This document shows positions 1 through 7,435 of a stretch of 29,924 nt of DNA, one piece after another. The stretch comes from an uncultured Thiotrichales bacterium. Its GTDB lineage: Bacteria; Pseudomonadota; Gammaproteobacteria; CAIRSR01. The translations under genes were made by a program, and so were the position numbers. Below the pieces are notes generated by a model. It was not told where the DNA came from and searched no databases. It was given only the letters and a program-made list of their open reading frames with translations. Position 1 is the stretch's first letter; each line of letters begins with the position of its first letter. The DNA lies in assembly GCA_963923745.1 (NCBI GenBank), contig CAWUNB010000001.1, forward strand, positions 1-29,924, read 5' to 3'.

Positions 1-711
1 CCCTTTTAACTGGCCATAGTGCAGCCCCAATACAATATGGGGTACTACCTTCATGGAGGTAGCCACCAATGCCTCTAGGGTGGCTTCAAAATCAGCTACG
101 GATCGCCGCAGGTGGTAAACCTGGGTAATGGTTTCCTGAGCCCCGATCACATCCATCATGGCGATATCGGCACCGGCATTTGCCAATGCTCTCGCTGTTG
201 GGCCATCCATCAAAGCGGTGTGTACGGCAATACGAAACAATGGCCAAGTGGTCTTAATGCGCTCTAGGACAGAATAAAACGGGGTGTAATCCACTTCGTT
301 ACGGACGTTAGACCCCCCCGTTAGTAACATTCCCTTAGCGCCAGCCTCCGCTAGACCACTAACCACAGCCCATAGTGTTTCCGGGGTACGAGCCGGAATC
401 ATGGGTTTAAGCAGTTCAGCTCGGCAATGATCGCAGTGCAGGCGACAATCGGAACCAGTGACCGAAATAGCGGGCCAGGTTGTGGCGGCTTGGCAAGTTA
501 ATTCACTAGTTTCAAACGATTTAAAAGTGGGGGTATAAAAATGGATATCTCGAGTTATTCCCTGGCCCTGAGAAGCAAGCCGCTCTAGCAGATATTCATC
601 CAACGGGAGATCTGTCAGAGACTCCACCTGCCCGATGAGGTGGTGCCAGGGAGGAGATGCCTCCGTGACAGCAGAAGCCGCGACCCCATCAGGCGGATGG
701 ACGGTGGACAT
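1..711 (-). CDS. lipS1: Radical SAM protein, LipS1-like (lipoate assembly), 3' end runs off the window
   Basis: Not in the ORF track because no stop lies in the window. Hand translation from ATG at 711 is open for 237 codons to base 1: MSTVHPPDG...FYTPTF...AISVTGSDCRLHCDHC...GMLLTGGS...IAVHTAL...DIAMMDVIG...VVPHIVLGLHYG. It has the CxxxCxxC motif in an SVTGxxCxLxCxHC context typical of LipS1-type enzymes and starts 24 bp after the lbpA stop. The LipS1 versus other radical SAM subfamily call is from recalled motifs. Confidence 0.75.
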   Translation of the reverse strand, partial: MSTVHPPDGVAASAVTEASPPWHHLIGQVESLTDLPLDEYLLERLASQGQGITRDIHFYTPTFKSFETSELTCQAATTWPAISVTGSDCRLHCDHCRAELLKPMIPARTPETLWAVVSGLAEAGAKGMLLTGGSNVRNEVDYTPFYSVLERIKTTWPLFRIAVHTALMDGPTARALANAGADIAMMDVIGAQETITQVYHLRRSVADFEATLEALVATSMKVVPHIVLGLHYGQLKG

Positions 712-735
712 CGGTTCTCTTTGAAGGGTTAGGGG

Positions 736-1173
736 TTAGCAACCACCGTAACCATCTGCCTCCATTTTCTTTTCAAAGGCATCCAGAGCTGCTTGCCCCT
801 GCAGCAGAACAGCCGATTCTCCGGCCCAATCTGAGGGTTTGATCCGCACTAACCAACCTTGACCGTAAGGGTCGCTGTTGATTAATCCAGGATTAGCCGC
901 CAAGGCTGGATTGGTGGCAGCAATTTCACCGCTCACTAGGGACTTAGCGGGGCCAACCCACTTACCCGATTCTACCGTCGCGGCGGATTTGCCTTGCTTA
1001 ACTTCTTTGCCCGCTTTTTTAGGGGTGTAAGCCACGATTTGGCCCGCCAAGGACACCGCATAACCGGTCATGCCAATGGTGACCGTGCCATCGCTCTCCT
1101 GACGTCCCCATATATTGTCTTCGACGTTATACCAAAGATCATCGGGGAAGGTGCAACCGCGTGCCGTACCCAT
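736..1173 (-). CDS. lbpA: Lipoate-binding protein LbpA (GcvH-like)
   Basis: GcvH fold with lipoylation motif VESGKWVG (Lys71) and INSDPYGQGW. Cys7 and a C-terminal Cys145 fit LbpA rather than glycine-cleavage H protein. Neighbours are sulfur transferases and a radical SAM gene, not gcvT/gcvP. Confidence 0.85.
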   Translation of the reverse strand: MGTARGCTFPDDLWYNVEDNIWGRQESDGTVTIGMTGYAVSLAGQIVAYTPKKAGKEVKQGKSAATVESGKWVGPAKSLVSGEIAATNPALAANPGLINSDPYGQGWLVRIKPSDWAGESAVLLQGQAALDAFEKKMEADGYGGC

Positions 1174-1249
1174 CGTATAACTCCTGAAAAAATGAAAGAT
1201 AAGAGGTCTGACAATAACCTGAGTGCTACCTTACAACATCACTCCACAA

Positions 1250-1288
1250 CAAAGCGGGCTTGACACAGGATTCTATGCCGAGCCCGCT
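1250..1288 (-). terminator. Stem-loop after dsrE2, probable terminator or attenuator
   Basis: Minus-strand RNA AGCGGGCU-C-GGCAUAG-AAUC-CUGUGUC-A-AGCCCGCU then UUGUUG: 8 bp perfect outer stem (1253-1260/1281-1288) and a 7 bp inner stem with G-U pairs, 8 bp after the dsrE2 stop. The U-tract is weak. Confidence 0.55.
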
Positions 1289-1296
1289 GTGAACCA

Positions 1297-1761
1297 TTAG
1301 ATATACAGGCAGATATCGGATTCGCCAGCAAATTCAAAGAAAGTGGCCGCGCCACCTAGCTCGATGCCGTCGATGAAGTTTTTCGCGTCAAACTCAAACA
1401 GATCTACCGTCATCTGACAAGCAACCATTTTTACGTCGGCTTCGACGCACAAAGCACGGAGCTCTTCCACGCTGGCCACACCCTTGGCCTTCATTTTTTG
1501 CTTCATCATGTAAGTCATCATGCTCTGCATACCCGGCAGGGCCTGTACCAACACCGGTACCGGCATGGGCATGGGCATACCCGGATTACCCAGAGAACTG
1601 ACCTGTAGATCAAGATTCTTTTCCACCAGCTTCAGGCCGTAGAAGGTGAAAAATATCTGGACGTCGTAACCTAAAGCCGCCGCCGTAGAGGCGAGGATGA
1701 AGGGAGGGTAAGCCCAGTCTAGGGTACCCTTAGTGGCAATAATGGCTAACTTCTTGGACAT
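1297..1761 (-). CDS. dsrE2: DsrE2-type sulfurtransferase (DsrE/DsrF/DrsH-like family)
   Basis: KKLAIIATKGTLDWAYPPFILASTAAALG...FFTFYGL N-terminus and LC...ACQMTVDLF cysteines characteristic of DsrE2; directly downstream of tusA. Confidence 0.88.
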   Translation of the reverse strand: MSKKLAIIATKGTLDWAYPPFILASTAAALGYDVQIFFTFYGLKLVEKNLDLQVSSLGNPGMPMPMPVPVLVQALPGMQSMMTYMMKQKMKAKGVASVEELRALCVEADVKMVACQMTVDLFEFDAKNFIDGIELGGAATFFEFAGESDICLYI

Positions 1762-1792
1762 TGACGGTTCCCCGCGAAGTGGTGCGCCGGGA

Positions 1793-2023
1793 TTAGGCTT
1801 TCTGGATTAAGAAGACGAACTTGCCGCCTTCCTCACCGGATTCCAGCAACTTGTTACCGGTCTGTTTGGCGAAGGCCTCAAAATCCTTCACGGAACCGGG
1901 ATCGGTAGCGATGATCCGCAGTACCTTGCCACTCTCTAGGGCCCCGAGGGCTTTTTTCGCCCGCAGAATGGGCAGTGGGCAATTTAGTCCGGAAGCATCC
2001 AACTCTTGGTCAAAGCTCGCCAT
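1793..2023 (-). CDS. tusA: Sulfur carrier protein TusA
   Basis: 76 aa, LDASGLNCPLPIL motif with the active Cys, ATDPGSVKDF; SD-like GGAG upstream. Confidence 0.95.
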   Translation of the reverse strand: MASFDQELDASGLNCPLPILRAKKALGALESGKVLRIIATDPGSVKDFEAFAKQTGNKLLESGEEGGKFVFLIQKA

Positions 2024-2100
2024 GATCGGTCTCCTGCAACAATCTTAAGGATTAAAGGGATACCCAGCAGCTAGCTGCAACGGGCAATAGGTATATTAAC

Positions 2101-2163
2101 ATGGACTACTTAAAGTCCGCCCCTAATGCTTAGTCCCTCACTGTCGTATGGACTACTTAAGTC
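2101..2163. repeat. Two copies of ATGGACTACTTAA, each in an internal dyad
   Basis: The 13-mer is at 2101-2113 and 2148-2160. Copy 1 forms GGACT-N6-AGTCC and copy 2 forms GACT-N5-AGTC. Intergenic between the yidC stop and the tusA start. Confidence 0.7.
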
Positions 2164-2190
2164 TCAGGAGCGGAAATCTTCAAACAAGCC

Positions 2191-3849
2191 TTAATGTCCA
2201 AACTTCTCAGTGATATACCACTGCTGGGCAATGGACAGAGTGTTGTTGATCACCCAGTAGAGTACCAATCCTGCAGGGAAGAATAGGAACATGAAGGTGA
2301 AAAGGATGGGCATGGCCATCATCACCTTTGCCTGAATAGGATCCGGTGGTGCTGGGCTAAGGCGCTGCTGGATAAACATCGACACCCCCATCACCAGGGG
2401 TAATACGTAATAGGGATCTTGAGCGGATAAATCATAGATCCATAGAACCCAGGGTGCTTGCCGTAGTTCTACGCTTTCTACTAACACCCAGTAGAGGGCG
2501 ATGAACACCGGTATCTGCACCAGGATGGGCAAGCATCCCCCCAATGGATTGATCTTCTCCCGGCGGTACATCTCCATCATGGCTTCATTTAACTTCTGCC
2601 GATCATCACCATAGCGATCCTTCAATGACTGAATGCGGGGAGCTAGCTTGCGCATCTGGGCCATGGATTTATAGCTAGTGGCAGACAAGTGGAAAAACAC
2701 CAGCTTGATTAAAACAGTAAGGAGGATGATGGACCAACCCCAGTTGCCTATTCCTTTGTGAATCACGTCTAACAGCCAATAAATGGGTTCTGCCAGCACG
2801 GTGAGCTTGCCATAGTCCACCGTGAGATCCAGGTGGGGGGCGGTGCTGGCTAGCCGTTTTTGCTCCTTAGGACCAATGTACAGAGTGTTTACCAAAGTGG
2901 CATTGCTTCCTGGGGCAGCGCTGGTCTGGGGACCGAGATAGCCTAGAACAAAACGCCCTCCCTCCAGAGATTTGGAGTAGGCGTGGACAATACCTTCAGC
3001 TGGCGGAATCCAGGCGGCAGCAAAGTAATGTTGAATCATGGCAATCCAGCCACCGCTGAAATCCTTACTCAGATTTTCTTTACGCATCCGGGCAAAGTCC
3101 ATTTTATCGTAGAGATTGTCTGGGCTGGAAACTACACCGCCGGTGAAAGTGTAAATGCCGAAAGCAGAACGGTTTTCAAGGGGTTCCGATCGCTGAAATT
3201 GGACGTAAGACTGCCCCCGCCATTCCTGAGTGGAGCCATTTTCGACTTGTTGCTCTAAGCGTACTTGATAGCTGTTACGGTGAAACACGTAGGTACGGGT
3301 TACGGTAACCCCATTGTTCCCTTGCCAACGTAGGGGAACCCGTAACTCGTCTTGGCCTACTGCAAGGTGATATTCACTTTGTTCGGCTTGGTATTGAGCG
3401 TTACGGTTAGGGGCAACGGAATCGCTCGTTCCTAACAGACCCGCCTGGGCGATAAACAACTGGCCTGAAACATCCCCCATCAACTGGAAAGGTTCCTGAG
3501 GAGAATTGAGGGATACGGGGTAAGCCGGTAACTCGGCTCGACGAATATCTCCTTCCAGGGTATCAATTTCTACCTGTAGCAAGTCGGTGATGACTTTAAT
3601 TCGCTCCCCCGATTTCATAGCCGCCGCGACAGGGCTAGGGGCCGCTTCCACTGGGCGAGGGATATCTGCCGAGGGAATCCCCCCCCCTGTTGTCACATTA
3701 GGCGCAGCGACAGGAGCTACCGAAGAGGGGGTAACAGCCACTTGTTCGGTGGCAAGGGGCTGAGAGCCATAATCTTGCTGCCAGGCTTGCCAGAGCATTA
3801 GCAACACGAACGAGAGAGCGATGTACAGCAGGAGTTTCTGATTTTCCAT
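2191..3849 (-). CDS. yidC: Membrane protein insertase YidC
   Basis: N-terminal TM, large periplasmic domain, GWIAMIQHYF, VDYGKL, GNWGWSIILLT, NPLGGCLPILVQIPVFIALY, PAGLVLYW motifs; in rpmH-rnpA-yidD-yidC order. Confidence 0.98.
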   Translation of the reverse strand: MENQKLLLYIALSFVLLMLWQAWQQDYGSQPLATEQVAVTPSSVAPVAAPNVTTGGGIPSADIPRPVEAAPSPVAAAMKSGERIKVITDLLQVEIDTLEGDIRRAELPAYPVSLNSPQEPFQLMGDVSGQLFIAQAGLLGTSDSVAPNRNAQYQAEQSEYHLAVGQDELRVPLRWQGNNGVTVTRTYVFHRNSYQVRLEQQVENGSTQEWRGQSYVQFQRSEPLENRSAFGIYTFTGGVVSSPDNLYDKMDFARMRKENLSKDFSGGWIAMIQHYFAAAWIPPAEGIVHAYSKSLEGGRFVLGYLGPQTSAAPGSNATLVNTLYIGPKEQKRLASTAPHLDLTVDYGKLTVLAEPIYWLLDVIHKGIGNWGWSIILLTVLIKLVFFHLSATSYKSMAQMRKLAPRIQSLKDRYGDDRQKLNEAMMEMYRREKINPLGGCLPILVQIPVFIALYWVLVESVELRQAPWVLWIYDLSAQDPYYVLPLVMGVSMFIQQRLSPAPPDPIQAKVMMAMPILFTFMFLFFPAGLVLYWVINNTLSIAQQWYITEKFGH

Positions 3850-3851
3850 GT

Positions 3852-4079
3852 CTAAGGCCTGGGAAGCTTGTCAGGAACGGGGTCGACACCGCCAGAGTGC
3901 CACGGGTGGCAGCGGGCTAGCCGACGCAAGGTAAGCCACGATCCCCGCAGTGCGCCATGTCGCTCAAGAGCGGTCAGGGCATACTGGGAACAGGTGGGAT
4001 AGAAACGGCACTGACTGCCGATGAGGGGACTCAAAAAATAACGATAGGCCCGCACCAGCAGGATTAGGACCTGTTGCAT
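3852..4079 (-). CDS. yidD: Membrane protein insertion efficiency factor YidD
   Basis: [23 protein letters not shown]...[17 protein letters not shown] at 4079 is preferred over the longer ORF-track start at 4103. Confidence 0.95.
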   Translation of the reverse strand: MQQVLILLVRAYRYFLSPLIGSQCRFYPTCSQYALTALERHGALRGSWLTLRRLARCHPWHSGGVDPVPDKLPRP

Positions 4080-4432
4080 CGATTCACCACATCTAGGAGA
4101 CACTTGGTTAAAGCGCGGGTGATGGCAGGGTTATCCCGATCTACCACCCCGGGGCGGGCCATGACAATGACATCAAGGCCGCCCAAGTGGGCCTGCAACT
4201 GGCGGAAGGCCTCCCGTGCCAGCCGCTTGATGCGATTGCGGCTAACAGCCTGGCGCACAACCCGCTTGGCAATGACCAAACCAAGACGAGGTTGGGCTAA
4301 TCCATTGGGGCGGGCCAGGACCGTCACACCGCCCCCACCCGCTCGACAGGGCTGAGTAAACACCTGATCGAACTGGTAACGATGAAGTAACCGTCTACCC
4401 TTAGGGAACCCAGAGAACCCTGTTTCCGCCAC
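4064..4432 (-). CDS. rnpA: Ribonuclease P protein component
   Basis: FPKGRRLL...[29 protein letters not shown] (RNR motif); between rpmH and yidD. Confidence 0.95.
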   Translation of the reverse strand: MAETGFSGFPKGRRLLHRYQFDQVFTQPCRAGGGGVTVLARPNGLAQPRLGLVIAKRVVRQAVSRNRIKRLAREAFRQLQAHLGGLDVIVMARPGVVDRDNPAITRALTKCLLDVVNRCNRS

Positions 4433-4440
4433 CGCAAGTA

Positions 4441-4575
4441 TTAGACGGTAAGCCGGTGCCGCCCTTTGGCGCGGCGGGCCTTGAGCACTAATCTTCCCCC
4501 CCGAGTTTTCATCCGGGCGCGAAAACCATGGTCACGCTTCCGCTTCAACACGTGGGGCTGAAAAGTCTGTTTCAT
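4441..4575 (-). CDS. rpmH: 50S ribosomal protein L34
   Basis: Below the ORF-track cutoff. Hand translation gives [44 protein letters not shown] (44 aa); GGAG upstream. Confidence 0.97.
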   Translation of the reverse strand: MKQTFQPHVLKRKRDHGFRARMKTRGGRLVLKARRAKGRHRLTV

Positions 4576-4691
4576 AGCAACTCTCCTCAGAGGGGGGTAA
4601 GCCCCACTGGGGGGCTAACAAAGGGCGGGCAACATACTCAGGTACGCCGGTAATTGTCAACGCACCCATCAAAGCTCACCAAGGAGGGTGA

Positions 4692-4886
4692 GTGAGCCCG
4701 GTACCTGGTTGCGTAAGAACCTGGACTTGTCCTGATTGCAGTGCCATTCATGATCGGGATACCAACGCCGCCCGAAATATTTTAGCGTTGGCTACGGGCG
4801 CGATAGGCCCGAAAGTGATGCGCGGGAAGGACGAACGCTCCCAAGCCAAAAAAGACCCAAATCACGCAGGAGAGAAACAGTTATGA
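4692..4886 (+). mobile_element. tnpB: IS200/IS605-family tnpB 3' remnant (Zn-ribbon half plus RuvC-III)
   Basis: The 64 aa ORF contains [24 protein letters not shown], the typical TnpB C-terminus. Homology covers only about 4710-4790; the first CxxC pair, the rest of tnpB and tnpA are absent. Confidence 0.8.
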
Positions 4887-5509
4887 GTGACGGACTTGAC
4901 AGCTTATCGCCCCCTCAGGCGCTAATAGAGGCAGCACGAAATTTTCACCAACGAGGTTGGATGGCAGGAACAGCAGGTAACCTTAGCATTCGAACGGGGG
5001 ATAACTGTTGGATCACTGCCAGCGGTCGTCCCAAAGGGTATTTGGGAGAGCGGGATCTATTGCAGGTCGCAGTAGCGACGGGTCAAGTGGTAAAACAACA
5101 CCAACCGCAAGATAAACCCTCTGCAGAAACGGCTATTCACTTGGCATTATATAGATTATTCCCGCAGATACAGGCTGTATTCCATGTCCACACCGTGGAA
5201 TCCTGTTTAGCAGCGAATGCCGTTCCCACGGAAGCATTGGCGTTGCCTCTTCCTCCCTTGGAAATGATTAAAGGGCTAGGGGTATGGGAGGAGCATCCCC
5301 AAGTAGCGCTGCCCTTATTTGCCAATTATCTAGATATTTCCCGGATTGCTGAAGCGATGGTAACCCGCTTTAATCAACAGCTCCCAGTGTTGCCAGGGTT
5401 AATGATTCGTAATCATGGCACGACCGTCTGGGGTGATAGTCCCCAGCAAACTTACAATCGTTTGGAAGCGCTGGAATTTATCCTCAGTTACTTGGCACGT
5501 TCCCAATGA
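4883..5509 (+). CDS. mtnB: Methylthioribulose-1-phosphate dehydratase
   Basis: Class II aldolase fold: [50 protein letters not shown]. Confidence 0.88.
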   Translation: MSDGLDSLSPPQALIEAARNFHQRGWMAGTAGNLSIRTGDNCWITASGRPKGYLGERDLLQVAVATGQVVKQHQPQDKPSAETAIHLALYRLFPQIQAVFHVHTVESCLAANAVPTEALALPLPPLEMIKGLGVWEEHPQVALPLFANYLDISRIAEAMVTRFNQQLPVLPGLMIRNHGTTVWGDSPQQTYNRLEALEFILSYLARSQ

Positions 5510-6030
5510 TTTCTCTCTCTTTTTCTCTTATCTCACCCCGGAGGGTTGCTACTCTTTTATCAGTTTTATTGTTACTGACAGGAGGATGGTTTAGTTGGCA
5601 ATCTTTTTTGGGTCCCTGGTGGCAAAACCAGCAAGCAAGTCATTGGACACCCGTTCCTTGTTTGATCGAGGAGGCCCGGTTAGTAGGAGAGGGGGATAGC
5701 TCAGTGGGAATGGTAGCGGAGGATTTTGGTCGAGGTGGTTTGGTATTGCGTTACAGCTTCCGTCAAGATGGCCATAGCTACCTAGGAGACCGTTATAGCT
5801 TTGTCGATGGTTATCTTGTCCGTTCCCAGGAGAGGGCGCAGTCTTTTGTGATTACTCACCCGTCCGGTAGTCTGGCCACTTGTTGGGTTAATCCCAATGA
5901 TCCTAGCCAATCAGTAGTAACGCGGGAGCTTCCTCCTGCCGCTTGGGTTAGTCTGCTACCTCTGTTGTTTGCCTTGGCCGGGGTTGGCGGATTGTTAGCG
6001 TTATCCCTTACTCGTCGAAAAATCCATTAA
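5506..6030 (+). CDS. DUF3592-like membrane protein
   Basis: TM, then W..VPC.I...LRYSF..DGHSYLGDRY...CWVNPNDPSQSV, then TM; ATGA overlap with mtnB. Confidence 0.7.
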   Translation: MISLSFSLISPRRVATLLSVLLLLTGGWFSWQSFLGPWWQNQQASHWTPVPCLIEEARLVGEGDSSVGMVAEDFGRGGLVLRYSFRQDGHSYLGDRYSFVDGYLVRSQERAQSFVITHPSGSLATCWVNPNDPSQSVVTRELPPAAWVSLLPLLFALAGVGGLLALSLTRRKIH

Positions 6031-6040
6031 GCCAAGTTAG

Positions 6041-6146
6041 CGCACTACAACAAAGCATTTTTATTCAGTAGCGCACTTGAAAGGTGCGAGATCGAGAGTT
6101 TCCCGGGGACTTCTCTCCCATTTCCAGTCGATGGAATGAATCCTGC
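6041..6146 (+). promoter_or_regulatory. Candidate tandem NtrC sites plus sigma54 -24/-12 promoter for amt
   Basis: CGCAC-N7-AAGCA (6041-6057) and CGCAC-N7-GTGCG (6072-6088), 31 bp apart, resemble TGCAC-N7-GTGCA. TGGAATGAATCCTGCA has GG at 6133-6134 and GC at 6145-6146 (GG-N10-GC), 40 bp before the amt ATG. Confidence 0.6.
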
Positions 6147-6185
6147 AGTCGGTGGCGGTTTTTTTCTGCCGATGAGGGGCACACG

Positions 6186-7379
6186 ATGGAAAACCTAAAA
6201 ACATCGGGCGACGTGTTGTTCGTCTTGATGGGAGCCGTGATGGTACTAGCAATGCACTCTGGTTTCGCTTTTTTGGAGCTAGGGACAGTACGATTCAAAA
6301 ATCAGGTTAATGCCCTGGTTAAAATATTAAGCGATTTTTCGGTTTCCACCATTGCTTACTTCTTCATTGGTTACTATGTCGCTTATGGCGTCCATTTTTT
6401 TCATGGTGCCGAAACACTAGCAATGCGTAGTGGCTATGAATTAGTTAAATTCTTTTTTCTATTGACTTTTGCCGCCGCTATTCCCGCTATTATTTCCGGT
6501 GGTATTGCCGAACGGGCTCGTTTTTATCCTCAGTTAGGGGCTACTTTTTTACTAGTAGCATTTGTATATCCCTTCTTTGAGGGAATCGCTTGGAATGGCC
6601 GTTTCGGTCTACAAGATATACTACAAAGCTTATTCGCTGCTAAGTTTCACGATTTCGCTGGTTCCGTGGTGGTACATGCCATGGGAGGCTGGATTGCATT
6701 ACCGGCGGTAATTCTATTGGGAGCCCGCTATGGCCGTTATGGGCGTAATGGAGAAATTCATGCCCATCCTCCCTCCAATATTCCTTTTTTAAGCTTAGGC
6801 GCTTGGGTATTAACAGTAGGTTGGTTTGGTTTCAATGTTATGTCAGCCCAAACTCTGGAAACTATTAGCGGCCTAGTGGCAGTTAATTCATTGATGGCGA
6901 TGGTGGGAGGAACCTTAGCGGCGTTGTTAGCTGGTCGCAACGACCCAGGGTTCGTTCACAACGGTCCCTTGGCTGGATTGGTGGCGGTGTGTGCAGGTTC
7001 TGACATCATGCATCCCATTGGTGCATTAATTACTGGAATAGCGGCTGGATTACTGTTCGTCTGGGCTTTTACGGCAACTCAAAACCGTTGGCGTATCGAT
7101 GATGTTCTAGGAGTGTGGCCCCTCCATGGTTTGTGTGGTGCTTGGGGCGGTATTGCTGCTGGAATATTCGGCTTGCCTGCTTTAGGCGGTGCAGGGGGCG
7201 TGAGTCTGGCAGCTCAAGTGGTGGGGACTCTGGCAGGAATTCTAGTAGCCCTTGCTGGTGGCCTGGTGGTGTACGGCTCAATGAAACAACTGGTGGGAAT
7301 TCGAATGGACCAAGAAGGGGAGTACAACGGCGCAGACCTGACCTTCCATCGTATCCGTGCTACGCCAGATTACGATTAG
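6186..7379 (+). CDS. amt: Ammonium transporter (Amt family)
   Basis: AMHSGFAFLELG, IISGGIAER, HDFAGSVVVH, GWFGFN, DDVLGVWPLHG with both pore histidines. ATG 6186 with GAGGGG upstream is preferred over the track start at 6084. Confidence 0.95.
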   Translation: MENLKTSGDVLFVLMGAVMVLAMHSGFAFLELGTVRFKNQVNALVKILSDFSVSTIAYFFIGYYVAYGVHFFHGAETLAMRSGYELVKFFFLLTFAAAIPAIISGGIAERARFYPQLGATFLLVAFVYPFFEGIAWNGRFGLQDILQSLFAAKFHDFAGSVVVHAMGGWIALPAVILLGARYGRYGRNGEIHAHPPSNIPFLSLGAWVLTVGWFGFNVMSAQTLETISGLVAVNSLMAMVGGTLAALLAGRNDPGFVHNGPLAGLVAVCAGSDIMHPIGALITGIAAGLLFVWAFTATQNRWRIDDVLGVWPLHGLCGAWGGIAAGIFGLPALGGAGGVSLAAQVVGTLAGILVALAGGLVVYGSMKQLVGIRMDQEGEYNGADLTFHRIRATPDYD

Positions 7380-7397
7380 TTCAACTGGTTGGGGTAA

Positions 7398-7423
7398 CAA
7401 CAGCCACCTCTCGGTGGCTGTTG
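7398..7423. terminator. Hairpin between convergent amt and glucosaminidase genes
   Basis: Perfect 11 bp inverted repeat CAACAGCCACC-TCTC-GGTGGCTGTTG; no clear U-tract. Confidence 0.6.
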
Positions 7424-7435
7424 GGGGAAACTCAA

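Noticed and set aside
1195-1240. Possible sigma54 promoter for lbpA (minus strand TAGCAC-N5-TTATT)
   Set aside because: It lacks both the invariant GG and GC dinucleotides.
3679-3687. 9-base C run (G9 coding) in yidC as a phase-variation site
   Set aside because: It encodes GGG in a flexible linker of an essential gene, where on/off switching is implausible.
4576-4700. Possible oriC or dnaA promoter next to rpmH
   Set aside because: No TTATCCACA-type boxes, no AT-rich unwinding element and no dnaA. Only a short hairpin (4600-4616) of unknown role is present.
5692-5720. GGGGATAGCTCAGTGGG resembling a tRNA 5' end and D-arm
   Set aside because: No GAGC to close the D stem, no GTTCGA T-loop and no matching acceptor strand; it lies in frame within the DUF3592-like gene (GDSSVG).
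6084-6185. 34-residue N-terminal extension of Amt in the ORF track
   Set aside because: It starts at a GTG inside the candidate NtrC site and upstream of the predicted promoter; ATG 6186 has an SD and matches the family start.
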